Assembly: GCF_006345805.1 (NCBI RefSeq)
Contig: NC_042997.1
Coordinates: forward strand, 92,318,001 to 92,382,000
From: Octopus sinensis
Taxonomy: Eukaryota
Reading direction: 5' to 3'
Length of the DNA stretch: 64,000 bases
In this document: positions 1-11,112 of the stretch, one piece after another
How positions within the stretch are numbered: position 1 is the first letter of the stretch
How the letters are laid out: each line of letters begins with the position of its first letter
Translations under genes and position numbers: made by a program
Notes under the pieces: generated by a model
The model's database searches: none
The model's input: only the letters and a program-made list of their open reading frames with translations
What the model was told of the DNA's origin: nothing

Positions 1-1224
1 TGTTGAGATGTCATCTGTGACCAAGAATCTTCTTAAGTTGCCCATGGAGACATCAACGATTTACATATATATGTGTGTGTGTGTGTGTTTGTCTGCACAC
101 TATCACGCATGCATGCATGCATTCACACATACACACACATACACAAACTAACACACTTACATATTACATCTTGGCTGCTAGTTCAATTTATAATTATTGC
201 TGCATTGACGGTGTTTTGTTTTGAAGCTACACTGTACTACAGAATAGAACTACAGAGCTATTGATTTTTAGCCAACCAACCCTTTACATGCAGACATATG
301 CAAACACCTTGTTCATGAAAACATTGTATAATAAGATGGAGTTTACATCTGTTTATTACATATAGTATAAAAAGATCTGAAGTACAATATAACATAATCA
401 AAAATTATATAAGTATGCAGTCTAAGCACACATAGACTTTTGAAATGAATAGTACGAACATACCCCAGTTTGTGTTTCTTAAAATAGTCTACAACACTAA
501 AATAATGTCTTGTACCATTATTGATATACACACAGAGTATGCATTCAACCTACACACAGAATCATTGAAGTGCAAAAAATATGGTGTAACCGTTCACTGT
601 ATTATTGTTGGTGTAGGAGTGTTCACAACGCAGTTGGACCTCTCCTTTAGGGCTATTTGTGATGCGACAGAGAGCTTACTATATTTTCTTGCTAGTATAA
701 GCTGAGCGTTGACTCATCCAATGTGATGATTAAGTCATTGTTTTATCAACCAGTTTTCTTATTTGTTTTGCAACTTGCACTCAGTCAGATTGTGAGTGTA
801 TGCATGTGTTGATGGGTCGGTGGGTAGGGGAAATGTCTGTTTTCTTATTTTTCACTGTAACAGGCATGTTTGTTTTATATTTATTTTTAGTTTTTCTTTT
901 ATCTGTTATTGTTGTTGAGATCTTCATTGTTTGAACAGTATAGATATTTGTGTTGCCATACATCATTATACTTCTTGCACATACTTCATAGAGTCTTAAA
1001 AGCTTATAGGAAAATCTTTTGGGATTTAACAGATCTAAAAGTTCTTTGACTTGTTTTCACTCATTGTAATAATATTTCTCTTTCCTTCAGTCTTGGTTAT
1101 TTGGCAAGATTTTCTTATTCTGCCATAGCAAATATCTGGAAAACATGCTGGGAAATACTTCCTAAAATGATCAACTGGTGTGCATCTTTACATATTTGAA
1201 GGATGATAACAATTTTAGTATTTA

Positions 1225-1970
1225 CTAGCAGTATTGCCTGGCGTTGCTCAGGTTTGTTTCGACCCTTTAGAATTGGAATTTTTGAAAAGTAAAAAATTTG
1301 CATTATGTAACTTGTTATTCTCTTTAAGTGAACATTTTTCTGGTTGAAATACACCAAAAAATGGCGATACAGCAGTAAAAAAATCGTAAAAAATAGGGAT
1401 TTTCATAGAAAAAAGGCACCTTTTTGGTGTAAATAATTTTTGGTGTTAACATGGTCTGATTTGAATTTTATCTTCTACCGAATGAAGAGCAAGCCATCTT
1501 CTATCATACTGTCAATTTTCGTCAACTTGCGCCGCAGGGTCTTGGAGGAGATAGTGTTAGTTGAAGGCTACCAAACCTGCCACACACAGACAACTTCAGC
1601 TTTATATATAGAGATAATCTGCTGCTCAACACTTATAAAACCCGGCCTGGATGTGTCAAAACCTTGAAGTGTCTCATCGAGTGAATAAAGCAAATAAAAG
1701 AATATACTAAATGTGGTGTTTTACGGTTTTGACAAATCCAAGCCAGGACTTCTAAGTGTAGAGCAGCAGACTGCAAACACTGAAATTGTAATTATCCTTC
1801 AAACAAGAAAAATTGCACACCAGTTGAAGTAGGAAGTAATTCCTAGCATATTTTCCAAATTTTCCATATTTTTTTCAACACTGAACATACATAGGTAGAC
1901 ATTTATTATGACAAAGATATCACTAATTGAGAGTTTTACACAACTAATCCATCAAACCATAACAGAGAGA
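1225..1970 (-). mobile_element. Non-autonomous Helitron-type element (older copy)
   Basis: Reverse complement of a Helitron 3' end at 1225: a|CTAG followed by the hairpin cctg-gcgttgct-cagg, the same architecture as the element at 45418. The 5' end is tentatively GA|T at 1970. Confidence 0.55.
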
Positions 1971-1973
1971 TGT

Positions 1974-2125
1974 AGGCATGGCTATGTGGTTTAGTAGTTC
2001 ACTTCAAAACATCATGTTTAGGGGTCCAGTTCTCCAGCACAGCATCTCAGGCAAGTGTCCCAGGTTGACTAATACTTTGAGAATGAATTTGGTGGCTGAA
2101 ATCTGTGCAGAAGCCCATCATGCTA
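1974..2125 (+). mobile_element. SINE family B fragment (diverged)
   Basis: ggcatggctatgtggt...ggcaagtgtc...gaatttggt core shared with copies at 11745, 24280, 38300, 42810, 44010, 46325 and 54330. Confidence 0.6.
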
Positions 2126-2130
2126 TCATG

Positions 2131-2167
<37 letters not shown>

Positions 2168-2196
2168 ATGTGTATATTTGTGCTTTTTTGCATTTT

Positions 2197-2395
2197 GCGA
2201 AATGCTTAGCAGTATTTCTTCTGCCTTCACATTCTGAGTTCAAATTCCGCTGAGGATGTCTTTCATCCTTTTGGGGTCGAATAAATAAGTACCAGTTACA
2301 CACTGAAGTCGATGTAATTTACTTAATCCCTTTGTCTGTCTTTGTTTGTCCCCTCTGTGTTTAGCCTCCCTGTGGGCAATAAAGAAATAAATATC
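2197..2395 (+). mobile_element. SINE family A (tRNA-related)
   Basis: gaaatgcttagc...ttctgagttcaaattcc...ggggtcga..taagtaccag core; also at 34860 (+) and at 13205, 18960, 30570, 32140, 50750 and 57002 (-). Confidence 0.75.
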
Positions 2396-3059
2396 TTATA
2401 TATTCTAATGACTTGCATTATAATCATCTTCAGTTTTGCAATAACATAATAATTGACATATGATCTACTTAATGAATGGTCATATTAATAATCAATGAAA
2501 TATTTTTTCCTTAATCATATCTCCACTGCATTGTGACATTAAAACTTCACTGTCATTACAGAAGAATACAAGGGTGAATACAATGAGACAAAGATGAGAG
2601 GGGGCAGTTGAAGGCAGATATGAGAACATGGTATACAGAAGAAGAATGATACATGGCAGTCCAAAGATATAGTTCAAGGGAAAGGAAGAGATAACTGCTA
2701 GCATGGGAAGGCTGATCAGTGGAAAATAAAGTGGAAATGGATGATATTGAGAATGAGAGATGGATGTCAAAAGAAAGTGGTTCCAGCAAGAGAAATAACT
2801 GGAAGCGTATAAAGAGAATGAAATATGTAGTTATGCTTTCATAATTATAGCAGCTGACTAGTACCATAGTTAGAAGAATGATGGAGGAATGGGTGAAAAA
2901 AAAAAGATGAGAAGTTGGCAGTAACTGTGTACCAACATATGGGAGTAAAAGAGACTGATTCAAATGATAATACTGAGCCAAAATGGATTTCCTCCTTCCA
3001 AAATAACATCAACTGACTCAGGAAAAAAATAGGATTGTCAGACACTATCATTAAAGGCA

Positions 3060-4985
3060 AAGCTAAAAAGGAATTCATGAATCACCAACTACAACTGCAT
3101 GATAGATTCTCCAAATTGTATGGGAATTGCTGACGAGAAACATTCACAAACAAAGTGATTGCCCTCAAATACAATCTATGAGAAGTGAAAAACTTCATTA
3201 CTGTAAAAGATAACATGAATGATAAATAATAAACTGCAAGTTTGCCTGAAACCCACAAGCAGTATATCACAGTATGAAAGGCAATACCATCAAAGTAGTA
3301 AATGTTCCTCCTCAGAAGACCTCGAGTCATTCTGGTTGGGAATCTGGGATGTAAATAATTGTGATGCAGTATGGTTTAATGAACTGCGATGTGAGTATAG
3401 TGTAAATGCCTCTCCCAAAAGGTATAACATCACCATTGAAATACTCCTGACAGTTATTATGAAACTGCTTGAATGTTATGTACAAATTGTATATTCTCCA
3501 AGACCACTGCCAAACAAATGGTGTAATAATTGATGAACAGGCAGGAGGAAAGAAAGGAGTCTGGGGCTGTGCTGAACAACACCTCCTCAACACAGCTGTC
3601 TTTAAAGAAGCCAAGCAACATCACCGTAACCTCTTAACTATGTGATTAGACTACAAGAAGGTGTTTGGCTTTATCCTTCAAAAATGCATGATAGAATCCC
3701 TTCATCTTGCCAAAGTACCAGTGGCTATATTGAATGCCATTGAAAGACTGACCACAACTTGATTCACACAGTTATCACTGACGAGTACTAAAGCAACACC
3801 TAACAACAAAATAGAATTAAGCTACCAGCAGGCATATTCCAGGGTGGTAGTTTTAATATTGTAATATTCTGTAATATTGTCTGTAATTGACATATGATCT
3901 ACTTAATGTAAGGTATATTGTTTATACTGGCAGTGAACTTGTCAGCCTTGTTAACAAAATGTTAAGGATATGTTGAAATATGTGGAAAAGAATAAAATTG
4001 ATGTTACCCACATTTTTCTGTTGATGATCTAAAGTTATATTCTGCTAACATGAATAACATTAAAGGACAATTAGAATTAGTCACAATGTCCTCATGAGTC
4101 ATAGGAATGGAGTTTGAGCAAGATAAATGCTCATACATGATAGTCAACAGAGGAAAGATCGTCAACCAGACAGAGAACACATACATCAATGTCTTGACTA
4201 TCTCCCCTATCTCTCATGATGAAAACTATAAATATCTGAAAATCGATGAGACTGTTGCATATGTTGGGTCTTTGACAAAAGCCAGAAAAACAATAGAGCA
4301 CTTTTGTAGACTTCATAAAATACTGAACTCAGAGCTGATTGTATTCAACAAAACCACATCTCACAAAACTTCTGTAGTGCCAATGCTAGTACCAACATTT
4401 GGGATATTTGACTGGACATTTGATGAGATCTGCAGCCTGGACATCAAAACTAGAAAGATATTGACCACCATTGGCAACTTTCACATGAACAATGTGAACA
4501 ACATCTTCAGAGTAGAACTACTGAACATGTACTCTGGGAATACAATTGTTTTGTGTAGCTCAAAAGAGGTTGGACCTGCTTCCCCAAACAGGGGCTTGGA
4601 AGAGAAGCAGGCTTCATACCAACAAAAAGCAATGCATGGGTACATATCCCATAAGATAGAGGATAACAACAGGATTAACATGAAGAATAGCCTCACCTGG
4701 ACCTGTGATAGAGGCATTAAATCCTACCTCAAGGGATATGCCTTTGCTATCTAGGAACAAGAAATAGTTACTAAATACCAGATTAACCAAAGAGATAAAG
4801 ATACTAGCAAACTTCCAAGTTGTGATAGAAAATGCTGGCTCTGCCATACCAAGTTGGAAGTTATCACCAACATCATCAGCAGCTGCTTGAAAATGTCTAT
4901 GAGATTCTATCTGCTCCTGAGATATGATACTGTATTTACAACACTATCTGCAGGAAAGATTGTCCTGATGTATACATCAAATGCA
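3060..4985 (+). mobile_element. Decayed R4/Dong-like (restriction-like endonuclease clade) non-LTR retrotransposon: RT plus CCHC region
   Basis: Peptides ESFWLGIW, KGVWGCAEQHLL, LDYKK, GIFQG, VDDLKLY, ENYKYL, FGIFDWT..EI.SLDIKTRKIL (ORF 4107..4754), MHGY and CWLC..C, with several stops and frameshifts. Confidence 0.85.
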
Positions 4986-5019
4986 GATTGAAACCAGCAT
5001 GTATTCAAAGCTTTGTCTG

Positions 5020-5356
5020 CGACCTCCTTTGGTCATGACACTGACCATAGGATTGCACCTAGAAGGTTACCCTTCCACGCAGAAGTCTGGGCAAGGTTGT
5101 TTATGGAAGACCAGCAGTCGCTTATGCATACTGGCCTCCCCTCTCTGCGCCACCAGTGTTATCCAAAGGAAAGGCAAGGGCAGATACAGCTTGGTACCTG
5201 TGGCATTGCAACTCATTTCTACAGCTGAGTGAACTGGAGCAGTGTGAAATAAAGTGTCTTGCTCAAGAACACAACCTGCAGCCCGGTCCGGGATTTGAGC
5301 TCAAAACCTCACAATCATAAGCTCAACGCCCTAACCACTGAGCCATGCACCTTCAC
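5020..5356 (-). mobile_element. SINE family C (tRNA-derived head)
   Basis: The reverse complement has gtgaaggtgcatggctcagtggttag (A box) and a B-box-like stretch; highly similar to 15908-16211. Confidence 0.8.
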
Positions 5357-5556
5357 AGCTTTAAAAACAAAGAATACTGGTGGTACACTCCAATAATAAC
5401 AGCAATTTAGTGCAAACATAGCAGATCTCATGTTGTTCTGTAGGACAGAGAACAAAAGTTACGCACTGTTGTAGAGGTCAACTGCCCAGCTGATGTAAAT
5501 ATACCATCAAAAGTCCAGGAAAAAGAGAACATTTATGGTGAGTTAATGTGGAACTT

Positions 5557-5863
5557 GTGGAGGCACATGGCCTAGTGGTTAGAGTAGCAGACTCGTGGTT
5601 GAAGGATCGTGAGTTCGAATCTCAGACCGGGCGATGTGTGTGTTTATGAGCGAAACACCTAAGCGCCATTACCTTCTGCTCTGGCAGAAGGTAATGGCAA
5701 ACTTCTGCTGACTCTTTCACCACAACTTTCACTCTTTCCTCCTGAATCTTGCAGCTCACCTGTGACGAACTGGCGTCCTGTCTAGGTGGGGAACCTATTT
5801 GCCAAGGAAACCAGGAAACTGGCACTTATGAGCCAGGTATGGCTTGAGAAGGAACAAAAAAAA
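5557..5863 (+). mobile_element. SINE family C copy with 12-bp target-site duplication
   Basis: A box TGGCCTAGTGG, B box GTTCGAATC, A-rich tail; TSD aatgtggaactt at 5545-5556 and 5864-5875. Confidence 0.88.
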
Positions 5864-6313
5864 AATGTGGAACTTACAGCTCATGTACCCTGGTTATAAA
5901 TTCTCATTAGTACCTATCATCATAGGTGCATTAGGCTATGTATTACAAATTTACACAAAAACTTAGGAATACAAGTTTTTTTATTTTGAAGAAAGAGTTA
6001 AAAATCTGATGCAGGTTGCCCAAACCCAATCTATTAGCAGCCCAGTGAATATTTGTAAGATGTTCCAAAGTTTCTCCAGCTGAGATTCTTTAGGTGAATA
6101 GAGGCACATACTTGGCTGTATGCATTGACAGCTCAACCAACACACCTAACACACCTACTCAATCACATATTTCCTAACACTGGAAACACCCTTAACTCAA
6201 AAAGTTTTGTTACTTTGTTAGCAACTGGCTTGAACTCTCTTAAGAACCTAAATATATGAGTAATTCAAAGAAAAAAAACTATACACAAATACACACATAC
6301 ATACATACATACA

Positions 6314-6349
<36 letters not shown>

Positions 6350-6609
6350 TATGTATGTTTATAAAAAAGAAGTTTGAAAACGCCACTATATAAGATAAAT
6401 TTTAATTTTCTTAGAAATTTTACGTTTCGGTTCTTCTTGAAGAAACGAACCATATCAAAAATATTTTAAAAAGTTAAGTGTAATAAAAAAGTTCATAATT
6501 GTTTCTTACTGGTCTCAACAGAATCCACGTAGTGGCTGCTGTTTTTGGGAGTAAGCATAATAGCTGTCTTATGTGCTGGAATAAAAATAAAGTTATATAT
6601 ACATATGTG

Positions 6610-6670
<61 letters not shown>

Positions 6671-6883
6671 GGGTTTAGTTCACAGGTGATCTATATGACT
6701 AGGTACACTAGGTAAATAGTGTAACAGATTACCAGGGCTCTAAGGCCATAGCTGAGACAGGAGTTATGGAGCCATTGTAGATTTCCAATATAGCAGATAT
6801 ATAATTGTTAAAGAAGACAACAAATGCTAAAGCAAGACAAACATCTGAAATCATATGTATTATTATTATTGGAAAAATTTTAA

Positions 6884-6939
6884 GTCTTACAGCTGTTTCT
6901 GAGATATCCCAAAGTATGGGATATTCCATCATCAGAGAC
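6884..6939 (-). ncRNA. Minimal type-I hammerhead ribozyme motif (PLE-associated)
   Basis: The - strand reads GUCU CUGAUGA U GGAAUAUCCCA UACUU UGGGAUAUCUC A GAAAC AGCU GUA AGAC: intact core boxes, GUA triplet, helix I GUCU/AGAC, helix II with an 8-bp perfect stem, palindromic ACAGCUGU helix III. Confidence 0.8.
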
Positions 6940-7706
6940 AGATAGGGAAAATGTGAAGGGTATAGATTAATGAAATGATGACATAGAGGACAGGAGAAAA
7001 GGAATAAAGAAATGAAGAAAAAGAAGAAGAAAAAAAGAAGCATAAGAGTTCACAGATCAACTCTCCAATAGTGTAGATGTTAGTCCATAAGTCCTTAGGT
7101 GCAATCCTATGTAAATCCATGTATTGTAATAGCCTTAATAGTGTAAATATCCAGAGATATAATGTGAACATATTGAAGTTTCATAAGAGAATGATAGTGG
7201 AGGTGGCTACTAAGGAATAAAGAGAAAGAAAAATAAATAGAAAGAGAGGAAGGTATTGGTAGGGAAGCTGGAGGTACAAGAAGTGGAAGAGGAAAGCAAG
7301 GATTGGTATGAAGGATAAAATAAGGTATATAAAAATATTATGTACAAAACTAAACAAGAAGATAAATAAATAGATATCATTATATAAATAGATATCATTG
7401 TGAATAAGGAGAGAGGAGGAGGTAAAGGAAGATGATATAAAAAAAAACCCAAAATAAAGTTAAATGAAAGGGATTCAAAGAGAATAGTTGGTGCCAGTGC
7501 TATTCCTATTGTTTGTAGGGTTTGGGGATGAAATCTAGTAGTGTCCATTGTATGGCTAAGGTCAGTGGCTATAGAAATATTTTCAGCTATGGGGGTATGA
7601 GTGTGTAGGTAGTCATGAATGAAGAAGTGAATGGAGAAACCAGATGGACATTAAATTATTTAGGAATAAGAGTTACAACTAAATATTAAGGGATTTAATA
7701 GGTTAA

Positions 7707-7925
7707 CCCCTTAGTGTTCAGATTATTGAATCAAACATAATGCTTATTGATTCCCATTGATTTGAATTAATCATGCATTATCTCATATCTTCAAGATCTT
7801 GATGGTGTAATTACTTAATGTAGAATAACATTGTAGGGTAGGTGTGAGAGCCTGGATCTGGTCAGTTTGAACATAAAACAGATTAACTATTTTGGCCGGA
7901 TATGGCCGGTTTAAATACTAAAGGG
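7707..7925. mobile_element. piggyBac-type MITE nested in the PLE 3' region
   Basis: TTAA at 7703-7706 and 7926-7929, CCC...GGG termini, imperfect TIRs ccccttagtgtt / aatactaaaggg; a second copy is at 61417-61618. Confidence 0.85.
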
Positions 7926-8579
7926 TTAAGGCTTAAAAATAAATTAAAGAATTAAGTTATCTTCTAAGGTACTAATGTTGATAGAAGAAATATACAAGGG
8001 TATGTATTAATGATCGTGGAGGTATGTATGTGAGTGTTATGTGTGGGGGGTAAGTTTACATTTGGATTTATGGAAGAATTTAAAAGTGCGGAAGAATTTG
8101 TGCTTACATGTTGTGAAGGCTTTGTTGTGTTTGTTAAGTAATTGTGGTGAGCTATGAGTTAAAATTTTGAAGGCTTCTTTTAGGCAGAGTCCACAAGTGG
8201 AGCACTGGTCCTGATATGGGATGCCAGAATCTATTATAGCCCAGGATAACTTATATTGTATTTTTCTATTAATTAGGTCGTGTACTTGACTGGCTAGTGA
8301 TGTGGAATTGCTATGCTCTTTATATTTAAATGAGTTTAAATGTGCAGAATATCTTTGTTTAAAATCAGTGGTTGATTCAATATAGTAGCTATTGGAGTTA
8401 TTTAATATGTTGTGGACAGTGTATTGTTATACCACATTGAATTGAAAATTCTGCGTTAACTTGCAGTGGGGAATTGGTCCCAGATCTACAGTTGCAGCTA
8501 TTTGTTCTATGATGGTTAGTTGGAGAGAAGGACGAGGTAGTGCTATTAGCAGACAAATTAAAGGCTAGGATTGTATTAG

Positions 8580-8995
8580 GTGATTCGTTCATGCTATTGT
8601 TGTTATCATTGCTGTTATTTCTATTATCAATATCACTGCCATCATTACCATTGTTATTATTACTGCCATTATTGCTATCACAATCGTTATTATAATAATA
8701 ATTATTATAATTACTAGAAGTAGTAGTAGTAGTAGTATTATTATTATTATTAGTAGTAGTAGTAGTAGCAGTGGTAGAGGTGGTGTTGTTAGAGTTATTA
8801 TTATTGTAACTATTAGTAGTAGCATCTGTGGTAAGATTGTTAGTAATAGTATTATTTTCAGTAATGGTAATATTACCATTGGCGGTTGTATTAGTATTAT
8901 TAGTAGTTGTAGTAGAGGTATTAATAGTTGTACTTGTTATACTATAGTTAGTATTGTTAGTACCAGTATTCCTATTAGTACTAGCATTGGTTTCA
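8580..8995. repeat. Compound trinucleotide low-complexity tract (TAG/TAT/TAA/TTG)n inside the PLE
   Basis: Directly visible; reads as an Asn/Thr-rich peptide on the - strand (ORF 8398..9000). Confidence 0.9.
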
Positions 8996-10377
8996 ACCAT
9001 GCACCCATTTTCCTCTGAGGTGGGGATTATATTATCTATATTTAAGTTATTTAAAATGTTAGGGCTAGGGGTGTTGGATATGTTACTGCGAGTGGTGTTA
9101 GTGTTTTCATTTTGTAGGTCTATGGTAAGGTTGTGTGCATTTAGATAGTTTACGTTTGTCAGGTGAGGTGATAATAGATTCTATATTTGGAGTAGAGGAA
9201 TAGGATAATTTTAAAGTGGATCTTTTAAAGATAGAATATTTGTGGCTATGAGAGAAATTAGAGTCTACTATTTTAAAGAATGCTTTAGCAAGGCCCTTAA
9301 TGTTTAAAGTAAATGGAGATGTGTACCAGAGAATAGATCTCCCACCACTTTTACTAGGTAAATTTGGGGAGGTGTAATTCCTTGTGTATGTTAGAGGTGA
9401 GTTGGAGGTTTGATAATAGTATTCTTATGTTGAGTGTTATGTGTGTTATGGGTGCTAGGTGGGCGAGATTGTCTAACAATAGTGGGAGGGTTTGGATATC
9501 GAATATGTGGGCACACTTGTCTAGAGTTAAGTTTGGAGAGGTGTTCTTTAAGTATAGTGTTGGTTATAAATGTAATCTTCTGGAAGAAACCACTAGTAGC
9601 TAGAGTTTAGTTGTAGTAAGTGGTATAGTTATTGAAGATTTCCTTGGTGGCAGATATGGATATGCCTTTGATTATAATCTCAAAAGTAGATTTACGGTGG
9701 CTAGATTCTGTGTTGATGTACTTAAGCTATTGATTGGCTTTATGACATGGGAAGTAAAGTGAGGAGTTTAAATCCAATGTAACATCTAGAAAGTTTGCTG
9801 TATTGTAAGAGTTTTCAAAAGAGGTAGATAGGTTAAAGTTGTTGAAGAATTCATCTAAGAGTTTTCTAGTTCTTTCTAATGCAGACTTTGTTAGGCCTCT
9901 TGTAATTAACAAGGCATCATCTCTGTATAAACTTCCTTTGATATGGGAGAATTGTGAGTGGAGCTGTTGAAGGAGGTACAGTCTGACTAGATCTGTGACC
10001 TGAGCAGAGTAGGATGAGCCCATGGTTATATCAAAGAAGTTGTTTCTATTGGTATTGAGGTTAGCATGGGACCAAAACTTATTATCGAGGGATATGAGAG
10101 TCTGCCTGGCAGATAGAATTACATTAATTTTTAAGGAGATTATGTTGGTTAGGTTTTTAGCTAGACTCAGGGCATCTTTAAGGAGGATTGGTCTTATGGG
10201 GGTGTAATAGTTGTTGGTCAAATTGTAGGAATGAGGAGGTGCAGGACCATAAGTTTACATTTAGCTTCTTTCTAATAGTAGGTATGATTTTATCTCGCAT
10301 ATTTTTGCTGATTCATCCTAAATCAGATTTGGTGGGGCAGATGAATCTTATAGAGGGTTTGGTTGAGAAGTCTGGTT

Positions 10378-10442
<65 letters not shown>

Positions 10443-10464
10443 ATATATATACACAGAGTGGATA

Positions 10465-10921
10465 ACCGGCTTCCGTGCTAGTGGCACATAAAAGGCACCA
10501 TTCAAGTCTGATCGTTACCAGCATCGCCTTACTGACACTTGTGCCTGTGCTAGTAGGGTGCCAAGAGCACCATCATTGCCAGAGCGGCTAACTGGCTTCC
10601 ATGCTGGTGGCACGTAAAAGGCACCATTTGAACGTGATCGTTACCAGTGTTGCCTTACTGGCACTTGTGCCGGTGGCATGTATAAAAAGATTCGAGCGAG
10701 GTTGTTGCCAGTACTGCCTGATTGGCCCCCGTGCCGGTGGCACATAAAAGCACCCACTACACTCTTGGAATAGTTGGCATTAGGAAGGGCATCCAGCCGT
10801 AGAAACTCTGCCAGATCAAGATTGGTGCCTGGTGCAGCCATCTGGTTCGCCAGACCTCAGTTAGAATCGTCCAACCCATGCTAGCATGGAAAGCGGAGGT
10901 TTAATGATGATGATGATGATA
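10465..10921 (+). mobile_element. SINE family D (RTE-like (GAT)n tail, internal hairpin array)
   Basis: gtgccggtggcac units, aggaagggcatccag core, ccaacccatgctagcatggaaa end and (GAT)n tail; also at 26455-26892, 27585-27858, 54560-54750, 59290-59515 and 61190-61410 (+), and 47625-47835, 49535-49690 and 62000-62130 (-). Confidence 0.85.
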
Positions 10922-11039
10922 TATACACACACATATATATATAAACCAGGCTTCTCAACCAAACCCTCTATAAGACTCATCTGCCCCACCAGATCTGATT
11001 TAGGATGAATCAGCAAAAATATGCTAGATAAAATCATAT

Positions 11040-11062
11040 ATATAAAATCATAAAATCATAAA

Positions 11063-11112
<50 letters not shown>

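Larger units (their letters stand above)
6668..10382 (-). mobile_element. Penelope-like retroelement (PLE), 5'-truncated and decayed: RT, Cys-rich linker, C-terminal GIY-YIG endonuclease, 3' region with hammerhead motif
   Basis: ORF 9727..10221 has FDITMGS, LYRDDAL and NFLDVTLDL. Downstream frames read YINTESSH, ILWYTSPF...LSYSSTPN and CNCR...PL. An ATG-less frame at about 8030-8400 reads YYIESTTDFKQRY..H..SF...STSLAS...W.II...C.LCLKE...LLNK..CKH (GIY-YIG with YIG changed to YIE). Both ends abut (TA)/(TG) microsatellites. Confidence 0.92.

Noticed and set aside
680-730. Minus-strand first exon MSQRSAYTSKKI ending at a GTAAGC donor
   Set aside because: Short, no homology and no promoter features; expected by chance
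4107-4754. Longest ORF (215 aa) as a host gene
   Set aside because: It is the post-RT part of a decayed R4/Dong-like LINE, flanked by frameshifted RT and CCHC segments
5557-5630. tRNA gene
   Set aside because: A and B boxes are present, but no acceptor-stem cloverleaf or poly-T terminator is evident; the sequence continues into a SINE body with a TSD. The same applies to 38689 and 51960.
8589-8879. Hydrophobic Leu/Ile ORF resembling a membrane protein
   Set aside because: Alternative-frame translation of a trinucleotide microsatellite
6668-10382. Assignment of the PLE to the Naiad clade (N-terminal endonuclease, selenoprotein-encoding in some taxa)
   Set aside because: The endonuclease is C-terminal to the RT here and a hammerhead is present, fitting canonical EN+ PLEs; the stops look like random decay
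10465-10760. CRISPR-like array (regularly spaced palindromic repeat)
   Set aside because: The spacers are homologous to each other, the units are embedded in a dispersed SINE with a (GAT)n tail, the context is eukaryotic, and there are no cas genes
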